From assembly GCA_963664875.1 (NCBI GenBank), contig OY761611.1:3648001-3712000 (forward strand): a DNA stretch of 64,000 bases. The letters run 5' to 3'. The stretch comes from Candidatus Kapaibacterium sp. GTDB lineage: Bacteria > Bacteroidota > Ignavibacteria > Kapaibacteriales > UBA2268. Below the pieces are notes generated by a model. The model was not told where the DNA came from and did no database searches. It worked only from the letters and a program-made list of their open reading frames with translations. Of the stretch, positions 50,397 through 59,305 are shown in pieces. The stretch's first letter is position 1. Each line of letters starts with the position of its first letter. The position numbers and the translations under genes were made by a program.

Positions 50397-50689
50397 GCCC
50401 TCAAACTTGTTGGTAAAACATCATTGTATTCTGGTTTAACGTTAAGTCCATAACCTCTTTTTATCATTATTCTATCTAATTTATCAGCTTCAAACGGTTC
50501 ATAGTGATTTTGTAAATAATACTTTGAAAATAGGTAATCAGTAAGATAACTTTTACTATCTAAATATTGACCATACTCATGCATATATTTTGGATTATAA
50601 AGAACAAAAGCATTTTGTGCGAGCAAACTCGAAGTTTGCAGCAATGCTAATAGTAGCATTATGACTATTTTTTTGTGTTTATTTTGCAT
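50390..50689 (-). pseudogene. Signal-peptide stub fused to a metallopeptidase-like toxin tip
   Basis: MQNKHKKIVIMLLLALLQTSSLLAQ followed by ...YMHEYGQYLDS...YL (degenerate HExxH). Confidence 0.6.
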
Positions 50690-51158
50690 TATTTAGTTCC
50701 TTACTCTCTTCTATCAACTGATTGACTAATGAGTCTAACTTGTCACTATGATAATAATCTAGACAATTTTGGCTTATTAATCTTCTTTTAATTCCTTCCT
50801 CTTCTAAAAGATACTCTAAAAAAGGAATAGAATCTGCTACAACTTTTGCACAACTGTCCAATATTGTATATTCCCTATCATATTCATCGGTTAATGAAAA
50901 TACAATTCGAAACCCATCTTCTAACTTATAATCATATCCTGTAATACCGTGGTCAATACAAGAGCACAGACTATATTCTTTAAACTGCTCTTTGAGTAAT
51001 ACTCGATATTCTTCTGTAGAGACGGTATCATCAATTTGCAGGTCTAAAAGACTTCTTTTTTCTTCTGAGGAACCCATATTAAACATCGCTAAGAAAATAG
51101 TTACTACACAAGTAGTCCATAAAATCTTATTCGTTGTTTTTTTGTGTTTATTATTCAT
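50679..51158 (-). CDS. Tai4-like amidase-immunity protein
   Basis: KEYSLCSCI.HG...CLDYYHSDKLDSLV matches the Tai4/Rap pattern (K.YAL..C...C.D.YHS..LD.L); N-terminal hydrophobic segment. Confidence 0.7.
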   Translation of the reverse strand: MNNKHKKTTNKILWTTCVVTIFLAMFNMGSSEEKRSLLDLQIDDTVSTEEYRVLLKEQFKEYSLCSCIDHGITGYDYKLEDGFRIVFSLTDEYDREYTILDSCAKVVADSIPFLEYLLEEEGIKRRLISQNCLDYYHSDKLDSLVNQLIEESKELNNAK

Positions 51159-51678
51159 TATTGATTCCCTTATTTTGTTTTTCATATATAAACCAATGAT
51201 CACCTATAGTGGTAAATAACTTGCCCCTTACTAAATATAGTGTCAAAAATTTCTTCTCAAGTTGAAAAACGGTAATTTCCAAATCAGTATTTTCTGATAA
51301 CGAATCGATATCAATAAAATGGATACCTATAACAAAAGCTAAATCACCTTGTATATCGAGTTGATATACAGCTTTGAATGGATTTTTATATTTCCTACCA
51401 GGTAATTCAATTCTCCCACTATCAAGAGTTAATTGTATTGAATCAAGCAAATGAGTGACAGTAAATTTTTCTTGGAAATGATAACTCATGTTATTAATAA
51501 TGAGCTCACTTGATGTAATTTTTTCTATGTCAGCTTGCTTTAACATTCCTAAGTTTAATGTCCTTTCCTGGGTAACTACCCACGTACCCTGTAGCTCTTT
51601 TATACTATCAGTAGCATAAAGTTTATTATTTAACAATACTACAATTAGTATAATATATATATATATGTATTTTGTCAT
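51151..51678 (-). CDS. Exported lipocalin-like protein, probable immunity protein
   Basis: Signal peptide, LQGTWVV motif, ATGA-coupled to a lysozyme-like tip. Confidence 0.55.
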   Translation of the reverse strand: MTKYIYIYIILIVVLLNNKLYATDSIKELQGTWVVTQERTLNLGMLKQADIEKITSSELIINNMSYHFQEKFTVTHLLDSIQLTLDSGRIELPGRKYKNPFKAVYQLDIQGDLAFVIGIHFIDIDSLSENTDLEITVFQLEKKFLTLYLVRGKLFTTIGDHWFIYEKQNKGINNE

Positions 51679-52106
51679 TTTATCCCCCCATATTTACCAA
51701 ACTTAAATAGTTCTCGTTCTCTTACTCTTCTATCTTCTAAGCCTACCATGTACACACCATCACTTGTGTTGATATCCATATCTTTTGCACAGCTAGCTAA
51801 AATGGCTAATTCTATCATATATTTGTCAGGATGTTCAATACTATAAAATGTACCCAAATATGCATCAGCTACTTTTATATCATACCCCGTAATTCCATAG
51901 TCTTTACACCTAAAGAGGCTAAATTCTTTAAGATGCTCTTTCAATAACAATTTATACTCTTCAACAGAAACAGTATCATATGTCGCCAAATGTCGAAGTG
52001 TTCTTTTTTCTTCAGATGAGCCCATATTAAACATCGCTAAGAAAACAGTTGCAAGACCTATGGTCATCAAAATCTTATTAGACATTTTTTTATTTTTATT
52101 TTTCAT
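51675..52106 (-). pseudogene. Chimera: truncated Tai4-like paralog fused to a GH24-lysozyme-like C-terminus
   Basis: Aligns with 50679-51158 up to SCAK, then reads GVYMVGLEDRRVRERELFKFGKY. Confidence 0.65.
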
Positions 52107-52881
52107 TGAGATATTCCTGTATTTTGATAAGTTCAGGGTCATTCATTGATTTGTAAGGTTCTTTGATTGTGTATATAGCATTAGACTCCAAATATGGATC
52201 AACTAAATACCCAAAAGCTTTAGCTATTTCAAGATAGAATGTTTCTAAATCTGTTTCATAGTATCTAAGATAGATATTTTTAAAATTGCTATAGTGCATC
52301 TTCAGAATCTCAATCACAGATTCACGATTATTAAGAAGATTATTTAAAAACATCAATCTGATGTCGGCAGGATAAAATACTTTATTCAAGCAGAAATTGA
52401 TAGCAAGAACCAATGATCCGTATTGATTAAAGTTTGTGTATATCAGCAGGCAAGCTTCGTCACTAATAAAACTAGAATATTCACCTAACAATGAATCAGA
52501 TTTTAATTCTGCCATATGTCTCTTCCACAGGCCAGTTAGAGAACAGTCCCAAGAATCACATTCTTCAAATGACATCAGAAATGGAATTATATTATGATCT
52601 GCATCAAAATACAAATTTAAAAATTCTGATGTGTTTCGTATTTCATTGACTAGGCTATCTTTGCCAATCATTTCCTGAATCTTTATGCCTTCATTTTTAA
52701 AAAGAACACTAAGTGGCAAAGTTTCGATTTTAATATCGAAAAATATACTAAACCGATTTACTTTTGCAAGTAGTTCATGGAACTCATTTGGATTAAATTG
52801 ATTTAAAGACTTATCATTACCAAGTAGTGCACAAGATACTGACATTAACGCAATCAAGAATACAACAAAGGTAGTTTTCAT
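52096..52881 (-). CDS. Lipoprotein, probable immunity protein (family X)
   Basis: Lipobox MSVSC; paralog of 41183-41977. Confidence 0.65.
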   Translation of the reverse strand: MKTTFVVFLIALMSVSCALLGNDKSLNQFNPNEFHELLAKVNRFSIFFDIKIETLPLSVLFKNEGIKIQEMIGKDSLVNEIRNTSEFLNLYFDADHNIIPFLMSFEECDSWDCSLTGLWKRHMAELKSDSLLGEYSSFISDEACLLIYTNFNQYGSLVLAINFCLNKVFYPADIRLMFLNNLLNNRESVIEILKMHYSNFKNIYLRYYETDLETFYLEIAKAFGYLVDPYLESNAIYTIKEPYKSMNDPELIKIQEYLNEK

Positions 52882-52893
52882 AATTACAAATCC

Positions 52894-53105
52894 TTATTCT
52901 GGTATTGGCAATCTAAAATATCTTCTCACAGTGCCGTAACCCCTCTTATTTATTTTAGGTATGGGACATATCCGGGATATGAATATAAATACCTTTGGCT
53001 CCCAATTTACTAATTATAGTGAGTGCTTTATGTTTTGAGTTAAGTTCATAAACTCTTTCTTTAATAGTATGGCATTGTGATTAGTATTTTGTGTTTATTT
53101 TGCAT
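52894..53105 (-). pseudogene. Degenerate stub plus frameshifted toxin C-terminal remnant
   Basis: MQNKHKILITM, then across frameshifts IISKLGAKGIYIHIPD...YGTVRRYFRLPIPE*. Confidence 0.5.
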
Positions 53106-53623
53106 TTGCTTTTGTCCTTTAGCTTATAAATCAAATATAACAGATGACTGTCATTGCCTAACTTCTGTTCAATAAATTTCCTGATTCTAACATTATCATC
53201 ATGCGACAAAACACCTCTGAAAATGTTGAAAAAATTTATTGTTATTCCCGGCAAAACAAAGAATTTTTGTTTTCTTTGCAACTCATCATCTTCATAATAA
53301 TAAATATTAATACTAAGTGAGTATTCATAGTCGAACTCTGATCTATCCAAGATAGAAGAACAATTAAGAATATTGTCTTTTAACTTCTCAAATTGTTGCT
53401 CGTTGATTTTAATTGTATCCCCGGCAAACATAAGTTTAAAACCTGTATTGTTTTCGTCAGTATATAAACACATATCGCCCCCCAAATCACCATACAAAGT
53501 TCTACCATTTATGTCAATTGATATTATCTTATCAAAAAGTCTATCTGTAACATTATGTCTATCTACGGAAACACAAGATGCTAACAAACAACAGAACATT
53601 AAGAGAATTATATAATATTTCAT
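53081..53623 (-). CDS. Lipoprotein, probable immunity protein (family Y)
   Basis: Lipobox LLASC; ends in the repeated KDK.K/stub junction. Confidence 0.6.
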   Translation of the reverse strand: MKYYIILLMFCCLLASCVSVDRHNVTDRLFDKIISIDINGRTLYGDLGGDMCLYTDENNTGFKLMFAGDTIKINEQQFEKLKDNILNCSSILDRSEFDYEYSLSINIYYYEDDELQRKQKFFVLPGITINFFNIFRGVLSHDDNVRIRKFIEQKLGNDSHLLYLIYKLKDKSKCKINTKY

Positions 53624-53625
53624 AG

Positions 53626-53703
53626 TCATTTCCACACATACTTATTTATTTCTGACTGCTTCAAAGTAGCAAAGAAAAGAACACAAAGTATAAAATATTT
53701 CAT
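53626..53703 (-). pseudogene. 25-aa leader mini-ORF at the head of the array
   Basis: AAAGGAG RBS followed by MKYFILCVLFFATLKQSEINKYVWK*; stop lies 2 nt before the next ATG. Confidence 0.5.
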
Positions 53704-53899
53704 AACTTAATCTCCTTTGTTATAAAAAAGAAAGCAGGAGAGAAACAATATCTCTCCTGCGATAAAATAGTAAATATTATTTATTTAACAATAATAAATT
53801 TACCGGAATTGAGTTTATTTGTAAAAAATATAAAATGCAATTAAAGCAAACTAAGGCACTATATTTTTCAGCAAAGTCTCAATTCTATTTGACAAAATT

Positions 53900-54715
53900 T
53901 TAGTTTTTAGGCATATCTTTTGTAAAATCAATTTCAGAGCCCATAACACTGTGAGGAATCAAAAAGACAACTATTACCGTAGCAGCAGCTACAAGTGCCC
54001 ACCATTTCTTATCCGGGTGTTTTCTCATCTGCCAGATTGCAATAATCCACATAATAAGCCCGGCAAGAGTTTTATTGTCGGTTAGGTCATGTCCGAAAGG
54101 CCATCCAGTCCAATAAGCGTCAAATGCATATTTTTGGATAATCGGGCCCATCACCATGCCACCGATAGTAAGCATAATTACTGTAATAATACTCAAATTG
54201 ATTACATTATCTCTTTTGAATAATGCTTCCAATCCTGTGCGCATCGAAAACAAAAATGCCGAGAAAATAAAGAAAATATGCACCAATAGCCATCCCAATG
54301 GCACTACACCTTTGTATCGGGTGACGGCGGGTTCTTCATTTAGTTTATATTCTGTGCCGTTTTGGTCAAAAAGGCTGATTAGGTATTCAATTTTTCCTGC
54401 GGCAGGTTGATTAGGCAAGGAGGCAACAAGAGAATCTGCCCGTCTTGTCATTTCTGCAGTAGTCCATTCATCATGGCTTGGAAATCTTTTGTAGGTAATT
54501 TTACCGGTAATGCCGTCAGGGGCAAAAATAGGTATCTGTTGGTCAGTGCTTCCTTCCCAAGTTCGAAGTAATTTGTAATCTATTTCAATGCCATTGATAG
54601 TAACTTCATCAGAAATAGGGTAGGTAGGGCCTGTGGTTCTTTGCCAAATCACAAATATGATAGTAATCACCACAGCAAGTATCCACAGCATAGTAGTTTG
54701 TAGTTTTTTGTTCAT
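53900..54715 (-). CDS. Conserved hypothetical membrane protein
   Basis: About 5 TM helices; conserved-looking QRTTGPTYP and WTGWPFGHDLTDNKTL motifs. Confidence 0.75.
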   Translation of the reverse strand: MNKKLQTTMLWILAVVITIIFVIWQRTTGPTYPISDEVTINGIEIDYKLLRTWEGSTDQQIPIFAPDGITGKITYKRFPSHDEWTTAEMTRRADSLVASLPNQPAAGKIEYLISLFDQNGTEYKLNEEPAVTRYKGVVPLGWLLVHIFFIFSAFLFSMRTGLEALFKRDNVINLSIITVIMLTIGGMVMGPIIQKYAFDAYWTGWPFGHDLTDNKTLAGLIMWIIAIWQMRKHPDKKWWALVAAATVIVVFLIPHSVMGSEIDFTKDMPKN

Positions 54716-54737
54716 CAGAGAAAACTCCTTTATTTTA

Positions 54738-56303
54738 TTAGTTTTGTTCCAAAAAAGCAACCGCCTTTTGAGCTACAGAGTCGAGTTTCAAATCTATAAA
54801 AACATAAGCCTCGTCTCCCCAAAGAGAGTGAGCTAAAATTGCTTTTAAATAATTGCGAATGTACTCTTTGTCTTGCTCAAACATAGCCTCGTTAGCGATA
54901 TTATGCCTTCGGCAAAAGACGGAAAAATCATTAAGAATATTGTCATTAATATACGCATCTTTTTCAAATAATCTGAAATCTTTTCCGTAAGTCTCTTTCT
55001 GTTGCTCCCCAAATCGATAAATAAAGGAATAGATGTATTCATGGAACAATCTTTTTTGAATAAGCACATTAGTAAGCAAAGTCAATGTATCCTTTTTTTC
55101 AATGATATCCGGCAGAATGCCCATACCTCCGACAATGCTTTTGCCTGATTTGGTATAATAAATAGGCATGCGGGTATTTGGGGTGCTGTTTATCATTTTT
55201 TGCAATTTTTCGAATTCTTCTTCACCGAGGCTTAGCTTCAGAGCAGGGTCTAACTCTGCCTCTTCTTTATTGTCAATATGCAGGCTTCTGCCACTTGGCG
55301 TGAGATATTCGGCTACAGTAATTTTGAAAGCTGTACTGTCGGTAAGCCGCCAAGTATTTTGAATAGTTGCCTTGCCAAAACTAATTTCACCTATCACTTT
55401 GCCACGTTCGTTGTCCTGAATAGCACCTGCAAGTATCTCAGAAGCAGAGGCAGATTGTTTATTTATCAGAACAATGAGTGGAATTTTTGAGGCAATACCA
55501 TCTTTTTCGCAAATATAAGTTTTAGCAATTTCAGGATTATTCGACTTTACAATAAGTATAGTGTCACCCTTGCTGAGAAATTCAGCTCCGATATTAGCAG
55601 CAGATTCGACTCTTCCACCGGGGTTATCTCTCAAATCAAGAACAAATCCTTTGGGAGATTGGGACATAAGTTCTTCAATTTTAGATTTGGCTACTTCGTC
55701 TGTATTGTCAGAAAACTTGTTGATTTTAATGTAAGCTATATTTGTCCCTGCAATAATAAAAGAAGCCGGCACACCCGGCACATCAGTGTCTTTTCTGGGT
55801 AAAAGAAGCTGTTTCAAATCAGATTTCCAGCCTTTTTGCACTATCAGAGAAACTTCGGAATGGTGATCGCCCTCGAGCAATTCGTTTAACTCTTTATAGC
55901 TCAAGCCACTTGTGTTTTTTCCGTCAATAAAAAGTACACGGTCCGAAATTTCGATTCCTGCAGAATCCGCAGGGCTGCCCGGAATTACATAAGCCACAGT
56001 GGCAGTGTCATTCACATTTGTTACGCTAGCACCAATGCCATACTGTTTCCCGGTCTGAGACTGACTTAAAGCCGTATAGGTAGGCTTATCGTAGTAGCCT
56101 GAATTTTTATCAATGGCTTTAAGCAGAGCATCAAATGCTTGGTCAGAAACCTTTGAAATATCAAAAGTATCTTTGTGGTTTTTGTATGCAGTTTCGAGAA
56201 TATATTTGAATTTGTTGGACTGGTATTGTATCTGATCCTCAGGTGATAAACTATCGGAAAATAAGGAACCCACGATAAGGAAGAAAAGTACTAAATATCT
56301 CAT
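54738..56303 (-). CDS. S41 carboxyl-terminal processing protease with PDZ domain
   Basis: GSPA..AG PDZ, LDLRDNPGG, SASASEI, SFGK and YLTPSGR motifs. Confidence 0.93.
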   Translation of the reverse strand: MRYLVLFFLIVGSLFSDSLSPEDQIQYQSNKFKYILETAYKNHKDTFDISKVSDQAFDALLKAIDKNSGYYDKPTYTALSQSQTGKQYGIGASVTNVNDTATVAYVIPGSPADSAGIEISDRVLFIDGKNTSGLSYKELNELLEGDHHSEVSLIVQKGWKSDLKQLLLPRKDTDVPGVPASFIIAGTNIAYIKINKFSDNTDEVAKSKIEELMSQSPKGFVLDLRDNPGGRVESAANIGAEFLSKGDTILIVKSNNPEIAKTYICEKDGIASKIPLIVLINKQSASASEILAGAIQDNERGKVIGEISFGKATIQNTWRLTDSTAFKITVAEYLTPSGRSLHIDNKEEAELDPALKLSLGEEEFEKLQKMINSTPNTRMPIYYTKSGKSIVGGMGILPDIIEKKDTLTLLTNVLIQKRLFHEYIYSFIYRFGEQQKETYGKDFRLFEKDAYINDNILNDFSVFCRRHNIANEAMFEQDKEYIRNYLKAILAHSLWGDEAYVFIDLKLDSVAQKAVAFLEQN

Positions 56304-56557
56304 ATAGCTATATATCTATTATTCTTATAAATACTACAAACAACGACAAAGTACAAAATAAGTTAAGAAAAAGCATAAAAAAAAGCAGTATGGCTATGGG
56401 AAAAGAAGTAAAAAATCTAAATTATCAAAAGAAAATGTAAAAAAGACATAAATATGGAAATAATGACTTTTTCTGCCATTCCTCCAAATTCTTTCTATGT
56501 TGGATTTGTTCTAACATTATTATCAAAACCTACTATTTTAACTCAAAACCCTCACCA

Positions 56558-56600
56558 TTCCCCTCTTGAGGGGTGGCTCACCGAAGGTGAGACGGGGTGG
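56558..56600. repeat. REP-like double hairpin
   Basis: ttcccctcttgaggggtggctcaccgaaggtgagacggggtgg; same family as 21735. Confidence 0.7.
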
Positions 56601-56794
56601 AAAAGAACCTTATTCAAATCACTGCCCCGAAAAATATTCTCGCTAAGGTTATTTATTTAAATTGCATTTTGTATGTTGTTTAAATCTGTGCTTCGTTTGT
56701 CTCCACACCGACATGATACTTTTGCGAGCGCAGCAGGTCAATAAAAGATCCGGATATTTTATTCTGTTTTTCTTCTAAAAAAGTAGTAAAAATC

Positions 56795-57310
56795 CTACTT
56801 CTCAGATTTGTCAGAGCTAAAATGATTTTCTAAAATAGATTTGAAATACTCATGCTTTGCATCCATATTCGTTTCAGCGCTGATGCCTGTAAGTAAAAGC
56901 TCTTCGCACAAAAGGAATTTTTTATAGTAATCTATCTTTTTTTTAGCAGTTTTCGAGATGTTTTTGTATTCATTACGAAAGTAATCTTCAATGTTTTTAC
57001 CTTTAGCGACAGGTATATAGTCCCTACCAAACCATCTTTTGTTCAAAACGAATTTGAGCCATTCTATACCCATATATATGGCTTTTGCCATCTCTGTATT
57101 AGTTCCGAAATCATATACTCTGCATTCATAACCCAAGGCAAGCATCATCAGCAGATTGTGATCCGTTTCCATGATGATTTTATCCCACAAATGCCGCTCG
57201 CAATGAGTTGATTGTATTCGGATAAACATAACAGAATCGCTATCTAATTGGAGCTTATCAAGAGCTTCTATACCATTGGTTAGGTTTAAAAAGTTGCGTA
57301 CTTGTTTCAT
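56795..57310 (-). CDS. Hypothetical enzyme-like protein (NLTNGIE / RIQST.CE motifs)
   Basis: Intact ORF with motif-like segments FLNLTNGIE, IRIQSTHCE and LALGYECRVYDFG. Confidence 0.65.
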   Translation of the reverse strand: MKQVRNFLNLTNGIEALDKLQLDSDSVMFIRIQSTHCERHLWDKIIMETDHNLLMMLALGYECRVYDFGTNTEMAKAIYMGIEWLKFVLNKRWFGRDYIPVAKGKNIEDYFRNEYKNISKTAKKKIDYYKKFLLCEELLLTGISAETNMDAKHEYFKSILENHFSSDKSEK

Positions 57311-57594
57311 AGGATTGCTATAATTTGACTTTAACAAATTTTGCCGAAAGTAAATATATAAAAATATTGGGATTCTTCCTGTTCATTAGCAAGAGAAAAA
57401 AAGTGCATCTTGCCCTGTTATTATTCCAACAGTTTTGCCATTGTAACCCAAAAAATTTTATCTCAAAGATGTTATAAGAAAAATAAAAATGGTAGATTTT
57501 AACGTTTAAGCCTATGGCATTTAAAGACTGCCGTACATAAATAAAAAGAGAAGCAGGTTTTACGAGCGTCTCTCTATTCGGTAAAAGTATTTTT

Positions 57595-59094
57595 CTAATC
57601 TTCTGCTGACTGCTTACCCGAATCTTGTTCGATTTCAATAGGGTAGTGTCCGGTGAAGCATGCAGTGCAGTAATCTATACCATCTTCTTTAGGGACAGAC
57701 TCAAGCAGCTTTTCAGCTGATAAATAGTGCATGGAGTCTGCTCCGATAGCTTTTCCAATGGCATCCTGATCAGGATAATCATTTGCAATCAGCTCCTCTC
57801 TGCTTGGGAAATCCATTCCATAGTGGCATGGATATTTGATAGGAGGGGAGGTGATTTTCATGTGCAAAGATTTTGGTTTTGCTTCTTTGATTAGGTTCAA
57901 TAATGCTTTCGAAGTTGTTCCTCTTACGATAGAGTCATCGATTACAACCAAATGTTTGTCCTCGATAAGACCTTTAACAGTATTGAATTTAGTTTTAACT
58001 TTAAACTCTCTGTTGTCCTGCCCCGGAGCAATAAAAGTTCTTCCAACATAGTGACTGCGGATTAGTCCGAGTTCGTATTTGGTTGGGCAACTAAGCTCAT
58101 TATTTACTCTTGCATAGCCCAAAGTAGCAGTGTTGCCGCTGTCAGGCACAGGAATTACAGTTACTTTTTCGCCGTCAGGAGATTTGATAGGGCTTTCGAT
58201 AGCTAAATTTTTACCAAGCTTACGACGCACTTTATCAACAGAATGACCAAAAACAAGCGAATCAGGTCTTGAGAAATATATATATTCAAAAATACAGTGA
58301 GCAGCTTTTGGAGTCTCATCTTCTATATTAAAGCTTCTAAATTCACCTGTAGCAACTGTGTTTCTGTCTATTACAATCATTTCGTTATGCTTTACAGAGC
58401 GTATATATTCTGCTCCGATAATGTCAAAGGCAGCAGTTTCGGAAGCCACAACATAAGAATATTCATCTCCTACTTTCACTCTACCAATAGAAAGAGGTCT
58501 GACACCGTGAGGGTCGCGTGCAGCAATTAGGTAATCATCTGTAATAATAGCAAGCGAATAAGCACCTCTTGCTTTTTTCAGAGCACCTCTTACTCTTTCA
58601 ATAGTGTCCGGCTCTTTAGAGCGGGCTACAAGGTGCATGAAAAGTTCCGAGTCAGTAGTAGTCTGGAAGATGGCACCATCATCATGAAGCTGCTTTCTTA
58701 AAGTTTTTGTATTAGTGAGATTACCATTATGAGCAAGACACATCAGCCCGGAATGATAAATCATATTAAAGGGCTGGATGTTAGCTCTGTTAGAAGAGCC
58801 TGTAGTCGAATATCTATTGTGTCCGACAGCCATATCGCCTTTTAGAACATCTGTCAAAATTTTGGGGTCAGAGAAAACATCAAGCACAAGCCCTTCGCCG
58901 CGAGTGTAAGCAAAGCGTTTTTTCTGTTTTTCCTCATCGAAATATATAGTCGAGATGCCGGCAGCTTCCTGGCCTCTATGCTGCAAAGCATGCAGAGCAT
59001 AGTAAGTCATGATAGAAGCTTTTGGGTGATTAAAAATACCGAATATAGCACAATTCGGGCGTGCTTTATCTGAATCGCCGCGTCTTTGACACAT
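57595..59094 (-). CDS. purF: Amidophosphoribosyltransferase
   Basis: LQHRGQE, GHNRYSTTG, HNGN, CIFEYIYFSRPDS, DDSIVRGTTS and CTAC motifs. Confidence 0.96.
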   Translation of the reverse strand: MCQRRGDSDKARPNCAIFGIFNHPKASIMTYYALHALQHRGQEAAGISTIYFDEEKQKKRFAYTRGEGLVLDVFSDPKILTDVLKGDMAVGHNRYSTTGSSNRANIQPFNMIYHSGLMCLAHNGNLTNTKTLRKQLHDDGAIFQTTTDSELFMHLVARSKEPDTIERVRGALKKARGAYSLAIITDDYLIAARDPHGVRPLSIGRVKVGDEYSYVVASETAAFDIIGAEYIRSVKHNEMIVIDRNTVATGEFRSFNIEDETPKAAHCIFEYIYFSRPDSLVFGHSVDKVRRKLGKNLAIESPIKSPDGEKVTVIPVPDSGNTATLGYARVNNELSCPTKYELGLIRSHYVGRTFIAPGQDNREFKVKTKFNTVKGLIEDKHLVVIDDSIVRGTTSKALLNLIKEAKPKSLHMKITSPPIKYPCHYGMDFPSREELIANDYPDQDAIGKAIGADSMHYLSAEKLLESVPKEDGIDYCTACFTGHYPIEIEQDSGKQSAED

Positions 59095-59305
59095 GATAAA
59101 CCCTTTTCAAAAACCTGTTAAAACACCAAATCGCAATTTAATCATTTTTGTTTGAACAGCCATTAGTTTTGTAAACTAATGAGCAAATCATTCTGCCAAG
59201 AAAACTATTGATGATTTACTCTGTTATTGTTATTTTATACTTCTCGATTAGTATTTTACGATATTGACATTTTATGAATCTTCTAATAAATAAACAAAAC
59301 ACTTT

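Noticed and set aside
48568-53703. Integron cassette array or CRISPR-like array
   Set aside because: No integrase or cas genes and no attC-like palindromes. The repeats are coding signal-peptide starts with gene-sized, irregular spacing.
53769-53781. agtaaatattatt, a 12/13 match to the XRE operator, upstream of the immunity array
   Set aside because: A single imperfect AT-only match in very AT-rich DNA; not distinguishable from chance without a genome-wide test.
56454-57638. ORFs 56454-56660 and 57318-57638
   Set aside because: The first spans a REP hairpin; the second overlaps purF and a neighbouring gene. Neither has an RBS or protein-like motifs.
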